Positions 13,206-25,788 are shown, counted from the first letter of the stretch. The stretch: DNA of 64,000 nt from Octopus sinensis (GCF_006345805.1 NC_043009.1:59024001-59088000), one strand, 5' to 3'. Notes: generated by a model not told the origin, from the letters alone. Program-made: numbers and translations.

Positions 13206-14260
13206 TATGAACTGAGGAGGAGGAGGAGGAGGAAGAGTATGAGGACGACGACAACGACGAGGATGAAGAAATATAAAGTAGATATTTTAAAAAGAGAAAA
13301 CAGTATTCGATGCCAAAATGAAATCAAAGTTGATCCTTGGATGAGGAGATGTTTTTGTCAGAAATTTGTGTATTGTTCGTGATTTCAGCCGTCCAAATTT
13401 TTTATTGCCGTCTCTTAAAGGCGAGAAGGCAACCACATAAAAGATCACTGTCAACTTGGACTGCAGAATAGCCTATTATTTCCTCCTCCAAATATTTTAT
13501 GGAATACATTTACAAAACTAGCTTTAAAATGGAGAGGTTGAATATGATGAAGGAAGGCTCTGTCACACCGTCTACGCCATGTATTAAATTAACTCAGAAA
13601 TCTACTAAATGCCTTAATTGCGAGCCCTATTCTTGCCCAAGAAGAACTAAATACCGGTTTGCCAATTATAATTGCTAACACGGTTACTAGCATATTATCA
13701 CAGTCGTTCAGAATAACAAATTTATAGCAGCCTTGGAGGTCACAATTACCCTGAGGCTTTCAATGCCGGCCACGAAAACACGGTGAACCATATCAACAAC
13801 TACAAAGGCATTAAAGTGAATATCGACAACAACACTTGCGTAATGACAAGTACATTTCTTTCATTTGCCGGCATAACAAGTACACAGACACAGCATTAGC
13901 TTCGAGGCAGCTGTAATGTCAAAGAGAAGTGTACGGATGACGCTGTGAAGCCAGTTTCATTGTGCACTTGACATACGCACTGATATTCAGCATCGCCAAA
14001 CAGGTTTCTTTTCTTACACATACACGAAGAGATAAAAATTCGAGACGAAAATATCTCTACACCAAACCAATTCCAAATGTGCTTGAAACATGTATAACCT
14101 ACAGTGGGAGTACTTGGAAAAAGGGAGACGAAATGTACGATGGTATCACTCTGTTACAAATAGTAAGAAGCACACACACTTGACAACAGCGTGCATCTCA
14201 CAACTCTCTGTCTGTCTAACTGTCTGTCTGTGTGTGTATATATATATATATATATATACA

Positions 14261-14474
14261 AAGTTAATCCAAACATGAAAACACAAAGAGAAAACACAAC
14301 AACGCCAGGACGTGGAACAAATATAGTATTATTGGACGCTCAGGAAGGGAAGAAGAAAGGTTTAACGTTTCGAGCAGAGCTCTTCGTCGGAAACATAGGA
14401 GAAGGAAAGATCCAGAGAAGGGAAGACAGAGGAAAAAAATCGCCAACGGTACACACGCGGTCACATTTTGAAAT
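14261..14474 (-). mobile_element. ~200-bp HHR-bearing non-autonomous repeat (probably PLE-derived), copy 1 of a tandem pair
   Basis: Shared with 14519, 17108 and 36843; flanked by (TA)n; HHR at 14360-14394. Confidence 0.75.
14360..14394 (-). ncRNA. Minimal hammerhead motif, CCGACGA core variant
   Basis: GUUU-CCGACGA-A-GAGC(UCU)GCUC-GAAA-CG-UU-AAAC; palindromic ACGU stem III. Confidence 0.65.
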
Positions 14475-14518
<44 letters not shown>

Positions 14519-14519
<1 letters not shown>

Positions 14520-14692
14520 AAGTTAATCCAAACAAGAAAACACAAAAAAACACAGCAACGCGAGGACGTGGAACAAATAAAGTATTATTGGACTCTCAGG
14601 AAAAAAGTGAAGAAGGAGCGTTTAACGTTTCGAGCGGAGCTCTTCGTCGGAAACAAAGGAAAATGAAAAATCCCGAGAAGGGAAGACAGAGG

Positions 14693-14695
<3 letters not shown>
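14519..14695 (-). mobile_element. HHR-bearing repeat, copy 2 (HHR 14620-14654)
   Basis: Direct tandem of 14261-14474, separated by (TA)n. Confidence 0.75.
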
Positions 14696-14733
<38 letters not shown>

Positions 14734-14734
14734 G

Positions 14735-15112
14735 TACAAAATTTAGAGGATTGACCACTAAAAGTGGACAGCTTGTATACTAGAAATAGACGTCAAAATC
14801 GCAATGCTGGATTTCGTTCGAGCGACCTGTATCTAGTTCTAGAAATTGTGTTTCGTAAACGACAGACTTTGCTGATGAACCTGCAGATGTTTATGTATTC
14901 ATATACGTAAATTATTAGCAAGTGAAACTAATTAGTACATAGGTAATCGTTTTTTATTTCGTATATTTTCATTTGTCTTGTTTATTTTTATGCTTTGGTT
15001 TTTTGCTGAATTTTTTCTTGAGAACACATTCTCTGTGGAAAATGGCGGTTTTGACGTCTATTTCTTGTATACAGGCTGTCCACTTTTAGTGGGCAATCCT
15101 CTAAATTTTGTA
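14735..15112. mobile_element. 378-bp element with 68-bp terminal inverted repeats enclosing an HHR motif
   Basis: 14735-14802 versus 15045-15112 reverse complement, 4 mismatches. Confidence 0.75.
14867..14942 (+). ncRNA. Type I hammerhead motif (copy 1)
   Basis: CUGAUGA 14872-14878; stem II ACCUGC/GCAAGU; GAAA 14924-14927; palindrome ACUAAUUAGU; GUA 14935-14937. Confidence 0.7.
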
Positions 15113-15400
15113 TGTAAAATAATTTTTAATCTTCGGATTTTTTAAAATATACTAGACCACTGGTTTTAATTGATTAATATCAATTTCTACCCTTATTTAA
15201 TTTTAAATAAAAGATGTTCTCTAACCGGTAAATTGACTATTGTAGTTTATTTATTGCAGAGTAATTTCCGATCTCAGCGCGCCAAAGTGAAGGCATTTGA
15301 AAGATACACATAAATATAAATTGTGAAACTCTATGCAATGTTGGATTTCGGTCGAGCGACCTGTATCTAGTTCTAGAAATTGTATTTCATAAACGACAGA

Positions 15401-15476
15401 CTATGCTGATGATCTTGCAGATGTTTATGCATTCATATACGTAAATTATTAACAAGTGAAACTAATTAGTACATAG
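15401..15476 (+). ncRNA. Type I hammerhead motif (copy 2, inside a ~170-bp direct duplicate at 15337-15505)
   Basis: Stem I CUAUG/CAUAG; CUGAUGA 15406-15412; GAAA 15458-15461; same palindromic stem III; GUA 15469-15471. Confidence 0.7.
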
Positions 15477-16329
15477 GTAATCGTTTTTTATTTCGTATAT
15501 TTTCGTATATGGGCTACCATTAAGCAGCAACTGCTAGATAACGTTTATATAACATTCACATTATAATTCGAATAATAATAATTCACCAGACAAGAGTTGA
15601 GAAACAATTGCTGTGATTTACGATTAAAGACTTAATTCCATCTTGTTTTACAAATTTTTATATGTATATATATACAAAGAGAGAGACGGTGTAGAGAGAG
15701 GCGAAATATTATTCAAAATAGTATTCAGTGTTAAATAGTGAGAGTGGTTTATAGTTTTGACTACTGGTACCTTCCAAAGTTCGAGATCATTAGACCATTT
15801 GCGATGTCTCTTCCAGTTCAGTAAGTTCAGACTTCATACAATACCGAGTCCAAATTTGCTTTTCATCGCTCCAATGTTGGAGCATATAAATAAATAAAAC
15901 ACCTGTAAATTACAGAGTGACGGTTTATTCAACAATTTTTTTTTCAAAATTTTGGCTTTGTGCCGAAGTTGTTCGCAATATATCCTGGGAGTTGAATGTC
16001 TGCGAGAATCAGCTTTGCTTTTTATACAAGCGAAGTATTAGAGTCGATGTTATCGCCTAACGCCCACATCAGTTAGTTGGTCATGTACTTCACTATGAAA
16101 ACATCATCACTGTCATCTTCGAAGTGGTCAAATATATCATCATCATCTTCATCTGCAAACACAAAAACAACAACAGTAGTAGTAATAGTAGTAGTTTTGA
16201 ATGTGGCATTTTTTGAAAATCTATGAATTAAATAACCCTGAAATGAGGAATTTCTTGCATTGTATATTGTTATTCTCCGACTTGTTGGTCGCACATAACT
16301 CATAAGCAAACTTGAGAAAATGCATTTAT

Positions 16330-16389
16330 TTCATCACAATTTTTTTAATAAGAATTAAGGAGGGTATGAATATTTTTGAGGACGACTGT
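16330..16389 (+). mobile_element. Possible isolated Tc1-type right terminus
   Basis: gggtatgaatatttttgaggacgactg-TA resembles Tc1 ends (...ACTG|TA); no partner terminus found. Confidence 0.35.
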
Positions 16390-16452
16390 ATATATATATA
16401 TGAGTGTGCGTGTGTGTGTGTGTGTGTGTATGTGTGTGTATACTACACGTTT

Positions 16453-16495
<43 letters not shown>

Positions 16496-16500
16496 GTGGA

Positions 16501-16783
16501 GGCGCAATGGACTAGTGGTTAGGGCAGCGGACTCGCGGTCGTAGGATCGCGGTTTCGATTTCCAGACCGGGCGTTGTGAGTGTTTATTGAGCGGAAACAC
16601 CTAAAAGCTCCACAAGGCTCCGGCAGGGGGTGGTGATCCCTGCTGTACTCTTTCACCACTCTTTCTCCCACTTTCTTCTGTTGGCCTGCTCGCTTAGCCA
16701 GCGGGGTGGCGTCATTCGAAGGCTAAAACAATGCGAACGCATTGTGACCAGCGATGTGTAACTACATCTGATGGACTGGTCGG
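16501..16783 (+). mobile_element. SINE family B (tail type 2)
   Basis: Same head and core as 4466, with an unrelated 3' tail. Confidence 0.88.
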
Positions 16784-16968
16784 AAAAAAGCAAAAAAAAG
16801 CATATATATTTATATACTTTATAATAGGGTTCAGTTTAGAAATAGCAGTCAAAGAACCTTTGCTATTTCCTCTACTTTAAAAAGAGACTCCCGGAAAAAC
16901 AAATTACTCGAAAACAATCCACGAAGGCAGAGAGGGAAAATAACGAAAATCAATCGATATTAGATTAC

Positions 16969-17049
16969 CCATGTACGCGTTTCGGAATTAGATCGGTATA
17001 GAGAATTTGTAATTTATACTTTACCCGAACATTTTCCTCATCAGCATGG
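16969..17049 (-). ncRNA. Canonical-core type I hammerhead ribozyme motif
   Basis: Minus strand: CCAUG-CUGAUGA-GGAA...(long loop)...UUCC-GAAA-CGCG-UA-CAUGG; palindrome ACGCGU; predicted cut 3' of A16974. Confidence 0.8.
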
Positions 17050-17107
17050 AACTTCACACTCTGCCTTCGTGGATTGTTATTATTATTATAATTATACATA
17101 TATATAT

Positions 17108-17284
17108 AAAGTTAATCCAAACAAGAAAGCACAAAAAACACAACAACGCGAGGACGTGGAACAAATATAGTATTATTTGATGCTCAGGAAAGAAGGAGGG
17201 TTTAACGTTTCGAGCGGAGCTCTTCGTCGGAAACATAGGAGAAGGAAAGATCCAGAGAAGGGAAGACAGAGGAAAAAAAATCGC
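17108..17284 (-). mobile_element. HHR-bearing repeat, copy 3 (HHR 17200-17234)
   Basis: Same family as 14261; stem II GAGC-UCC-GCUC. Confidence 0.75.
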
Positions 17285-17289
17285 AATAT

Positions 17290-17338
<49 letters not shown>

Positions 17339-17339
17339 G

Positions 17340-17564
17340 GGCGGCGAGCTGGCAGAAACGTTAGCACCCCGGGCGAAATGCGTAGCCGTATTTCGTCTGT
17401 CGTTACATTCTGAGTTCAAATTCCGCCGATGTCGACTTTGCCTTTCATCCTTTCGGGGTCGATAAATTAAGTACCACTTCGCACTGGAGTCGATGTAATC
17501 GACTTAATCCCTTTGTCTGTCATTGTTTGTCCCCTCTATGTTTAGCCCCTTGTGGTTAGTAAAG

Positions 17565-17568
<4 letters not shown>
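17340..17568 (+). mobile_element. SINE family A, monomer
   Basis: Full head ggcggcgagctggcagaaacg, B box gagttcaaattcc, core and tail. Confidence 0.92.
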
Positions 17569-17603
<35 letters not shown>

Positions 17604-17632
17604 GTGTGTGTGTGTGTGTGTGTATGTATCTT

Positions 17633-17676
<44 letters not shown>

Positions 17677-18230
17677 GTACATTAGTCAATAATGAATACC
17701 ATTGTAATATTTTGAAAAAGAGCAAGAGGGAACTTTGGACATGTTTTCGCTATAATTTTGACCTAAGCAGTAGAGTGAACACTTACTTCTTCGTATTTGT
17801 CGAAGTAACGACGAATAAAAGAAGCAGTAAGTAAATATATAATCTTTAAATTGGTTGGTGTAGAAAACAGGATTGTTTAGTTTGGAAAAGAGATAATTCA
17901 AGACGCGTAACTTCTCATCTTCTTTTTCTCTTCTCTTTCTTTTTCTTATTTTTACTTTCCTTTCCTTTTTTATCACTTTCTCTCTCTCTCTCACTTTTTT
18001 TTTTTTTTTGGTCTTCCATGTTTACATCGTTATCTTGAGCAACTAAAATAAACACCTTGAGTTTCTTGTTTTGTCGTCCAGTAGTTTTCAGTTATTCTTG
18101 AATGTCATATTGGCTCGCTTCTTTATCTAGTCTAGCAAACAGCTGAAATTGGAGACGTATTTTCTTTTTTCTATACCAGTTTTCTTTTCTTTGGTAACTT
18201 TCAACTTTCAGTTTGATTTTTATCTCTAAT

Positions 18231-18276
<46 letters not shown>

Positions 18277-18821
18277 GATTATTATTATTATTATTATTAT
18301 TATCATAAAATTCGTTCTTTCAATTACTCCTTATCTACGACTTGCTTTACTTATTTTTTCTCCTCGCTGAAATTAACTTCAACTATGGGTTTGAGTTTTT
18401 TTTATATACCTCTACATATATGCATTGAAACATGCATACGTGACACCCACTCACGCACACACAGACACACACCCGCATACATATATACATACGCACATAC
18501 ACACACATACTCACATAAACATGCATATGAAATCATTCACTTTTGACAGTTGAGCTCAAAGTGGATAATACATTCAAAGGTAGTGAGTAGCAATTCGGTA
18601 TATATACACACAAACGCGTATATATATAAATAAATAAATAGATAAATAAATATATATATATGTATGTATACATATATGTTTACATATATATATATATGTA
18701 TATATATGCATGTATATATATATATATATATAATTTTAATCCAAACGGGAAACAAAAAAACAACAACAATAGAACAATTACAGTATTATTATTAATAGGC
18801 GCTCAGGAAATGGAAGCAGGG

Positions 18822-18869
<48 letters not shown>

Positions 18870-18875
<6 letters not shown>

Positions 18876-19285
18876 AGGCCTATAGGCCCTTATTGCTTGT
18901 TTTCTTGTCCTGTTTTTATTCCGTTTTATTCCTTCTGGTACTGTAATTTTTTGTAATTGTATTTTTATTATGTATTTGTTTTAATTGTATTGTTTTTACG
19001 TCCTGTTTTTGTTACATTTTTTTTCCTTGTTTTTGCCCCTCTGCGAAGGAACTTTATTTAATTCCTTCGCAGGAAGGACTAGTTCTTCGAGACGTGTACT
19101 GTCCTACCTTCGAAACACGCTAGAGTTGAACTAGGGACAGCTGATGAAGGGGATTTTTCCTGTGTAGTTGTCTTGTACTCTGTTTTTTCGTTGTTAAAGA
19201 ATGGTCCGTTCCCTGCTTGTTTTTACTTTTTCGTTTTCGTTTTTCATTTAGTTCTACGTCTAATTGTGGTGTCCTGTACTCACCT
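18870..19285 (+). mobile_element. ~415-bp U-rich repeat-like insert between (TA)n tracts, carrying a rearranged HHR
   Basis: Bounded by (TA)n on both sides; contains an 11-bp hairpin (19041-19072) and HHR core segments. Confidence 0.5.
19093..19152 (+). ncRNA. Candidate non-circularly permuted hammerhead ribozyme
   Basis: CGUG-UA-CUGUCC-ua-CCUUC-GAAA-CACG-...-GGACAG-CUGAUGA-AGGGG. Stem III CACG/CGUG and stem I CUGUCC/GGACAG are perfect and correctly abut the core. Confidence 0.65.
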
Positions 19286-19372
19286 ATATATATTTATATA
19301 TGCATGTATATATACATGTAGATGTAGGTACGTACATATACGTATGTATGTTTGCATATATTTTATTTATTA

Positions 19373-19492
<120 letters not shown>

Positions 19493-20051
19493 TATTTATG
19501 TATAAACTTTGAGTGAAATTCTGCCTCGCGTTTCTAGATGGTGAAGAAACAGAAGCTTTCTGTTTTAATTGATATATTTTGTCAAGATAATTACAACCCA
19601 GCATTGTTTATGATAATAACCCCCATCTATTTTGCAAGTTGTTGATTTTTCGGGTACAAAATTCCTCAGATTTCGAAGCAACATAGCAGACGGTATCCTT
19701 TTTAATCACTTCGCTTTGAGTAATCTGTTTTCCTTTGAATAATGTTGCGATGATCTGAAAAGAATATAAGAAGCGATAAAATAAAAAAAAGTAAGGAGGA
19801 TGAGGCAAAGGTTCCATATTTTATACGATGATTTTTTTTTACTTTAGTTACCGGGACAATATGTGTTCTTGCATTCTCGTTTAAGGGCAACACCACTTTA
19901 AATGATACCGAAAAGGTGCCCTCTTCAAATGTTTGTGCAACACTTCCATTTGACCGTATTATTTCCGAGAATAGTAGTGCTTTGGGATTGAAACCACACT
20001 TTGTGGTTAGATACTAACCATTTACGTTTTCTTTCTGTATGATTAGAGAGA

Positions 20052-20348
20052 GTGGAGGCGCAATGTCCCAGTGGTTAGGGCAGCGAACTCGCGGTCGGGG
20101 GATCGCGGTTTCCATTCTCAGACCGGGCGTTGTGTGTGTTTATTGAGCGAAAACACCTAAAGTTTCGGCAGGGGTGGTGACAACCCCTGTTGTACACATT
20201 CGCCCCAAATTGCTCTCACTCTTTCTTATTGTTTCTTGGGTAACGCTGCGGTGGACTGGCGTCCCGTCCAGCTGGGGGGAACACATACGCCATAGAAACC
20301 GAGAAACCGGGCCCATGAGCCTAGCTAGGTTTGAAAAGGGCGCAAAAA
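20052..20348 (+). mobile_element. SINE family B (tail type 3) with 13-bp target-site duplication
   Basis: TSD atgattagagaga at 20039-20051 and 20349-20361. Confidence 0.92.
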
Positions 20349-20785
20349 ATGATTAGAGAGAACCTACATTTTTTTTATTACTTGTGATGATTCAACCCTG
20401 GAAAGGTTTGGTATTTCAGTCTATTCTTTGATGACGAATAGAGGGTAACTCCTTAATTAAACCGACGAGTCGGATGATGAGTAACATTCTCAACATCGTT
20501 GTACACTTTCTTAATTAGTAAAAGTGTTTTATGATCGAAGGTTAACTTGGATTAAACTATTGGCAAACTGTCACGAATTTTGTTTGGATTTTCCTCACAG
20601 GAGATCAGCATTGACAGAACTTAGTTGTCGATACCAAGGGGATTCTATACCAGAAAAATTTCTCGCTTTAAACTGGTCAAGGCAACGTTTAGAATTTGTA
20701 GAATTCGAATAATGCTGCAAATATCACATAGAGTGATTGTGTTATGCTAAATGCTCTGTTGTGTTATCAATGTTTGCGTATCATA

Positions 20786-20980
20786 AGGCAGCGAACTAGC
20801 AGAATTGGTAACACTCTGGGCATTTCGTCCCACTTTACGTTCTAAGTTGAAAATCCGCCGCAGTGTACTTTTACCTTTTGTTATTTTCGTGTCGATAAAA
20901 TAATTACCAGTTGATTAGTGAGGCCGATGTAATCGATGCACACCCTCCTCCGAAATTGCAGGTCTTGTACCAACATTTGA
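20786..20980 (+). mobile_element. Old, diverged SINE family A copy
   Basis: Degenerate head and core, with tail gaaattgcaggtcttgtaccaacatttgaaac. Confidence 0.65.
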
Positions 20981-21901
20981 AACTAATATTCGTATATCAA
21001 ATGTCTATAGGCTGTGGTTTATATTTCGAGAATGCAAGTGCATTGAACGAATTGCATTCAAACACGCATTCAAGTATCCTATGTAATGATTGTGTTGTAT
21101 TAGATGTTCTATTGTGTTACCAATGTTCATAAACTGAGTCTCAGTTTTGTAAGTTGTGCAGTATTGAGAAATAGCTATGTACAATACAATATGTGAAAGC
21201 AGCCATATTGTAATTGAGAAAACTTTTATATTTCCCTTAACTTCAGAGTTAATTTTTGTCTTCAGTTATAAATAAATTCGTTCATATCTATGATACATAC
21301 AGTAATATCTAACTGACGAGAGCTTTTTAATTTTGTCAACTCCGGAAGAACAGAAGGCGAAGCAAACTTCAGCGAGATCGGAAATCTGAACTGAACATAA
21401 TGATTCTGCGCAAAAACGGACGCCATTTTGTCTGGCGTTTTCACGATTCTCCTAATCCGCTGGTTCTCGAGTGTTTTGATACATATCATTTTCGTATTTT
21501 CATTACTCAATTCGTCTAAAATTAATGTTAGTGTAAACCCTTATAAAACACACTTCATGAGGCTGTTGCATCTCACACGTTTCCCACTGTCTCAATATAT
21601 TTATATGGCTTTTCTGTCTTTTCTTATTGACAGTCATCTGCCTTCGTATTCTTTGCATTCTGTTTAATTTGCCTCTTAGCGTCAATATAACGACGTCCAA
21701 TAGGAATTGATTAGTACTTCAGATAGTGTAGAAGGAAAAATAAAACATAATTAAAAATAGGCTTGAAATATAGCAACAAACAACATTAGTATTATAGTCA
21801 ACAGCATCATCATCATCATTATCATCATTATCATCACAATTTAGAGATGATGATGATGATGATGATGATGAGGAGGAGGAGGAGGAGGAAGATGATGATG
21901 T

Positions 21902-21949
<48 letters not shown>

Positions 21950-22559
21950 CGACGACGATGATGATGATGGTGATGATATAATTTCGAGCAATAGAGAATA
22001 AAGACGAAGAAGATGATGGCGATAATGGGTAATTACATCATTTATTTTTTACATTATTTTTCTTATTACAATTAAACCACTAGTATTGTAATTAGTTAGT
22101 CAACAAACAACAGTTTTGGTAGAACTGTGGACAAAATGCAATGGCATATTTTATTGCCACTTGTCAACCTCTGTTGGTTTGCTTTCGTCTTCGAAATTTA
22201 GCGGCTCGGCGGAAGGGGTGATAGCATAAGAACCAGATTTTAGAAAATAAGTAATTTAGGGGATTAGATGTGTGTCATATATTCTTTAAACGTTGCTAGG
22301 ATAAGCACCATTCAAGAATTTATTGAATGTACTGCCGCGATAAACCTAAAGGATTTGTTTTTGCGCGAGAAATTACGCCGAGGTCGAATTTAGCCTTCAT
22401 CGTTTCTGGACAGAAAGAAAGAGCAAAAACGTAATATAATTGCTGGTCTTGTCGCTAGAAGGTGGTAGGGGTTTGCTCCGAAAGGAGAAAATGTTTAAGA
22501 AATATATTACTTGATATTCATTAGACGGATATTTATTTATTATTTTTTTTATTATCTAT

Positions 22560-22940
22560 TTCGCTTTTACTTGTTTCACTCATTGGATTGCGGCCATGCT
22601 GTGGTACAGATTGAAAGGGTTTAGTCGACAGAAGGAACTAATGCATTTGAGTACTTTATTTCTTAAGTCTGGTAGTTATACTATCTGTCGTTTTACCGAA
22701 CCGCTAAGTTTCGAGGACGTATACAAACCAAAAGATGTTGACAAGCGGGAATGGGGGCAAACACAAACTCGAAGACAAACATGGACATACAGACATACAT
22801 ATAAATGTATGAATGCGTATATGTGTATATGTGTGTGCGCGTGAATGTGTATACACACACAGATTTTATAATGAACGCTATAGGTTGACAGGTTTTCACA
22901 GAGCTTCCACCAACCAAATTATTCCGTCACAAAGTTACTG
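22560..22940 (-). mobile_element. Diverged SINE family C copy
   Basis: Reverse complement of the family C tail (cttgtttcactcatt...ccgaaccgctaagtt). Confidence 0.7.
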
Positions 22941-24356
22941 GGCAGTGGGACTGAAGCCGACATAATCCTATTTAAAAGAGATACTTAACCCCCCAAAACC
23001 ATGTCTACGCCTATTTATTTACTTATTTTTCTTCATTTTTATGAAAGTCAGACTGAATCATCTGATTTGCTTGAAAGCAACAATTCTCAATGATGTAACA
23101 TTCCCGGAATAAATGAAAAATTTTGTTATCTTTTTAAATCAGTTTTCTTTTTTTGTAAATATGGTTAATTCATGTGATTATATTTACTTTAGGCATTAAT
23201 AAAGCAAACCAACGCCCATTTCTGCTGTTTGTTATCAATACTAATACCATTGTCTCGAGTATTGTTGCTTTATTACAAATATGTAAAATAATATTAAGAA
23301 TTAGCGTCAGGAAATTAAGACAGATTCGTTTCTACTTTCTACGTCCATATTTATTCCAGTATCGAAAGAAGACAGTAATTAGAAGTTATAATTTCTTTTT
23401 GTTATTTTTAGATATACATACGCAACTATATTGCTCAAATCGAAACCGTTGTAATGGAATCATTCACCACTAAATATCAATCCGTAACTCATAAATGTGC
23501 TTCGTTTGCTGTACCATAACTACTTTTGCGCATCGGATTTAATTATTCATGCGCCTCTGATTCTCTGATTTTATCCAAATCCAGGCACTTGCCTCTTCTG
23601 ATTTCTCTGATATTGTGTTCCGTCTAGGCGCCATACTAAAGCGCTAACGAAATGTTCTCAGTCGTTCTTCCTCGATCACTGCCTTTTAGAATTCTCTTCA
23701 CCTCCATGGTCTTCCTACAGTTTCTGACTTCAAGTTGTTTAGTATGAGCATCATTCACATTTGCTACACCAGCTTCAGGTATCCTGAGAGAAACCCATTT
23801 CCTGCTGCCTAAACCATTTAACCCAAATGGATCTTTCAAGTATAGTGGGCCTGTGTGCGTGGAATGACAAAAGGAACTGCTACAAAATGTAGGCTTCTTA
23901 ATGCTTTGTCGTGGTTTGACCCGGACCGAGTAAACTTATGAAAAACTACGGTGCAAGCATTTATATCCTGCATTCTCCCCCAACATAATGTGTGCAGGTA
24001 GCTTCATGCATGATTACTCTTCGAAGTCGGTAAAATATGAAACGAAAGAGATTTGGTTGTCCATTGTAAAGGATCACAAGATCTCTCGATAACCAAATCA
24101 CAAAATCTTTTGTTCACAAGATCTTTCGTTGCTATACTTCCTAATCTTTATCATTTCATCGCCATGTGTCGAGGTTTTTGTTACAAAACTCTTGTGTTCA
24201 GATGTGATAATTGTTATGAAGTTTTACTTATATCCTATAGAGAACGTTGCGTGTATATCTTTATCAACAGGAAGAACAGCATGATCACCACCAGTTGGGA
24301 GACGACCGTTCATACCGGCCATGTTTTCCGATTACCTGATAAAATATAGCTCAGAT

Positions 24357-24740
24357 GTGGAGGCGCAATGGCCCAGTGGTTAGGGCAGCGGCTCGCGGTC
24401 ATAGGATCGCGGTTTCGATTCCCAGACCGGGCGTTGTGAGTGTTTATTGAGCGAAAACACTTAAAAGTTCCACGACGCTCCGGCAGGGGATGGTGGTGAT
24501 CCCTGCTGTACTCTTTCACCACAGCTTTCTCTCACTCTTACTTCCTGTTTCTGTTGTACCTGTATTTCAAAGGGCCGGCCTTGTCACTCTCTGTGTCACG
24601 CTGAATATCCTCGGGAACTACGTTAAGTGTACACGTGTCTGTAGAGTGCTCAGCCACTTACACGTTAATTTCACGAACAGGCTGTTCCGTTGATTCGGAT
24701 CAACCGGAACCCTCGTCGTCGTAACCGACGGAGTGCTTCC
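24357..24740 (+). mobile_element. SINE family B (tail type 4) with 11-bp target-site duplication
   Basis: TSD atagctcagat at 24346-24356 and 24741-24751; 3' hairpin gttccgttgat-tcgg-atcaaccggaac. Confidence 0.92.
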
Positions 24741-25087
24741 ATAGCTCAGATTGAAACCACTACCAAGACGGACCGAGAATTGTCTCTCGTTGATTCGCAG
24801 AAATAAAACCAAACTCACCTCCAAATTATTCTTACCGCCTTGAAAAACGAAGACATATTTATTTTCCATCAAACGCCATTTAGAGAGATGTTGATGATGA
24901 CGGTGATCATGGACAATTAATTCTTCACTGTGGTAGACAGCAGCTGCTTGGAAAATGTATAATTTTCATTTATAGCTGTGCAAAACAAACTCATCTGTTG
25001 TTAATGGATGCTCAGACATAATCTATCAAGAAAGTATTGGAAACAAATTCATCATCCCCCCTCTAACGCACAATTTCTTTTAGTGAG

Positions 25088-25121
<34 letters not shown>

Positions 25122-25263
25122 AATTGACTTGATATTTTGGGAGTGAATCAGCCGCATCCGAATCCCTTAAACTCAGAGGAAACCCTGTAAGGGTCTTGGG
25201 CGATGATGACAAACATATTGAGCAAGAGTTGGCAACCTCGCTTACCTTGAGAAATACTTTAAT

Positions 25264-25306
<43 letters not shown>

Positions 25307-25416
25307 TATATATATAGTGGGAAAGTGGACAGAGACCACTCGGTTATATTTTTCGATTAATTTTTCGTTGTTTTTCGCCTTTTATTTGTTTTAATTATTA
25401 GACAATTTATATATAT

Positions 25417-25788
25417 ATAGCAGTATCGCCCGGCGTTGCTCAGGTTTGTAAGGGAAATAACTATAAAGCATTTTTAGAGAGTTATAGCCAAAAAATAGCA
25501 AAAATGGAAAAAAATGATGGTAATTTTTTTTTTTAGTTAAAAAAGGTGGAGTTGCATCCCCTAGACAGTTGTGTTTTGATTCTGGACCCCATGTCGAATT
25601 TATCGATTTTTTTAGAACTGGGGGAACTTTTCAAAATGTTCGCTGCGTTAGTTTTGAATTATGACATTGGGCTATGTGGTGTGTCAAGTTTCATCAGAAT
25701 CGGTTGAAAGCCGTGGTCAGGGTGAGGGTACAAGCAAACAGACACACAGAAACACGCACAGACAAACTGCCGTTTATATATAGAGAGA
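25417..25788 (-). mobile_element. Non-autonomous Helitron, different 5' body
   Basis: Shares the ~120-bp 3' end (cagtatcgcccggcgttgctc...) with 5297; 5' end TCTCTCTATATAT. Confidence 0.7.

Noticed and set aside
16501-16575. SINE heads as genuine tRNA genes
   Set aside because: A and B boxes are present, but there is no complete cloverleaf and each head runs into a repeated SINE body.
21313-21370. CTGACGA motif near 21313
   Set aside because: No GAAA, stem II or stem III partner; likely chance.
23636-23839. Non-repetitive 67-aa minus-strand ORF as a host exon
   Set aside because: No recognisable domain, non-ATG start, and no convincing splice sites or partner exons.
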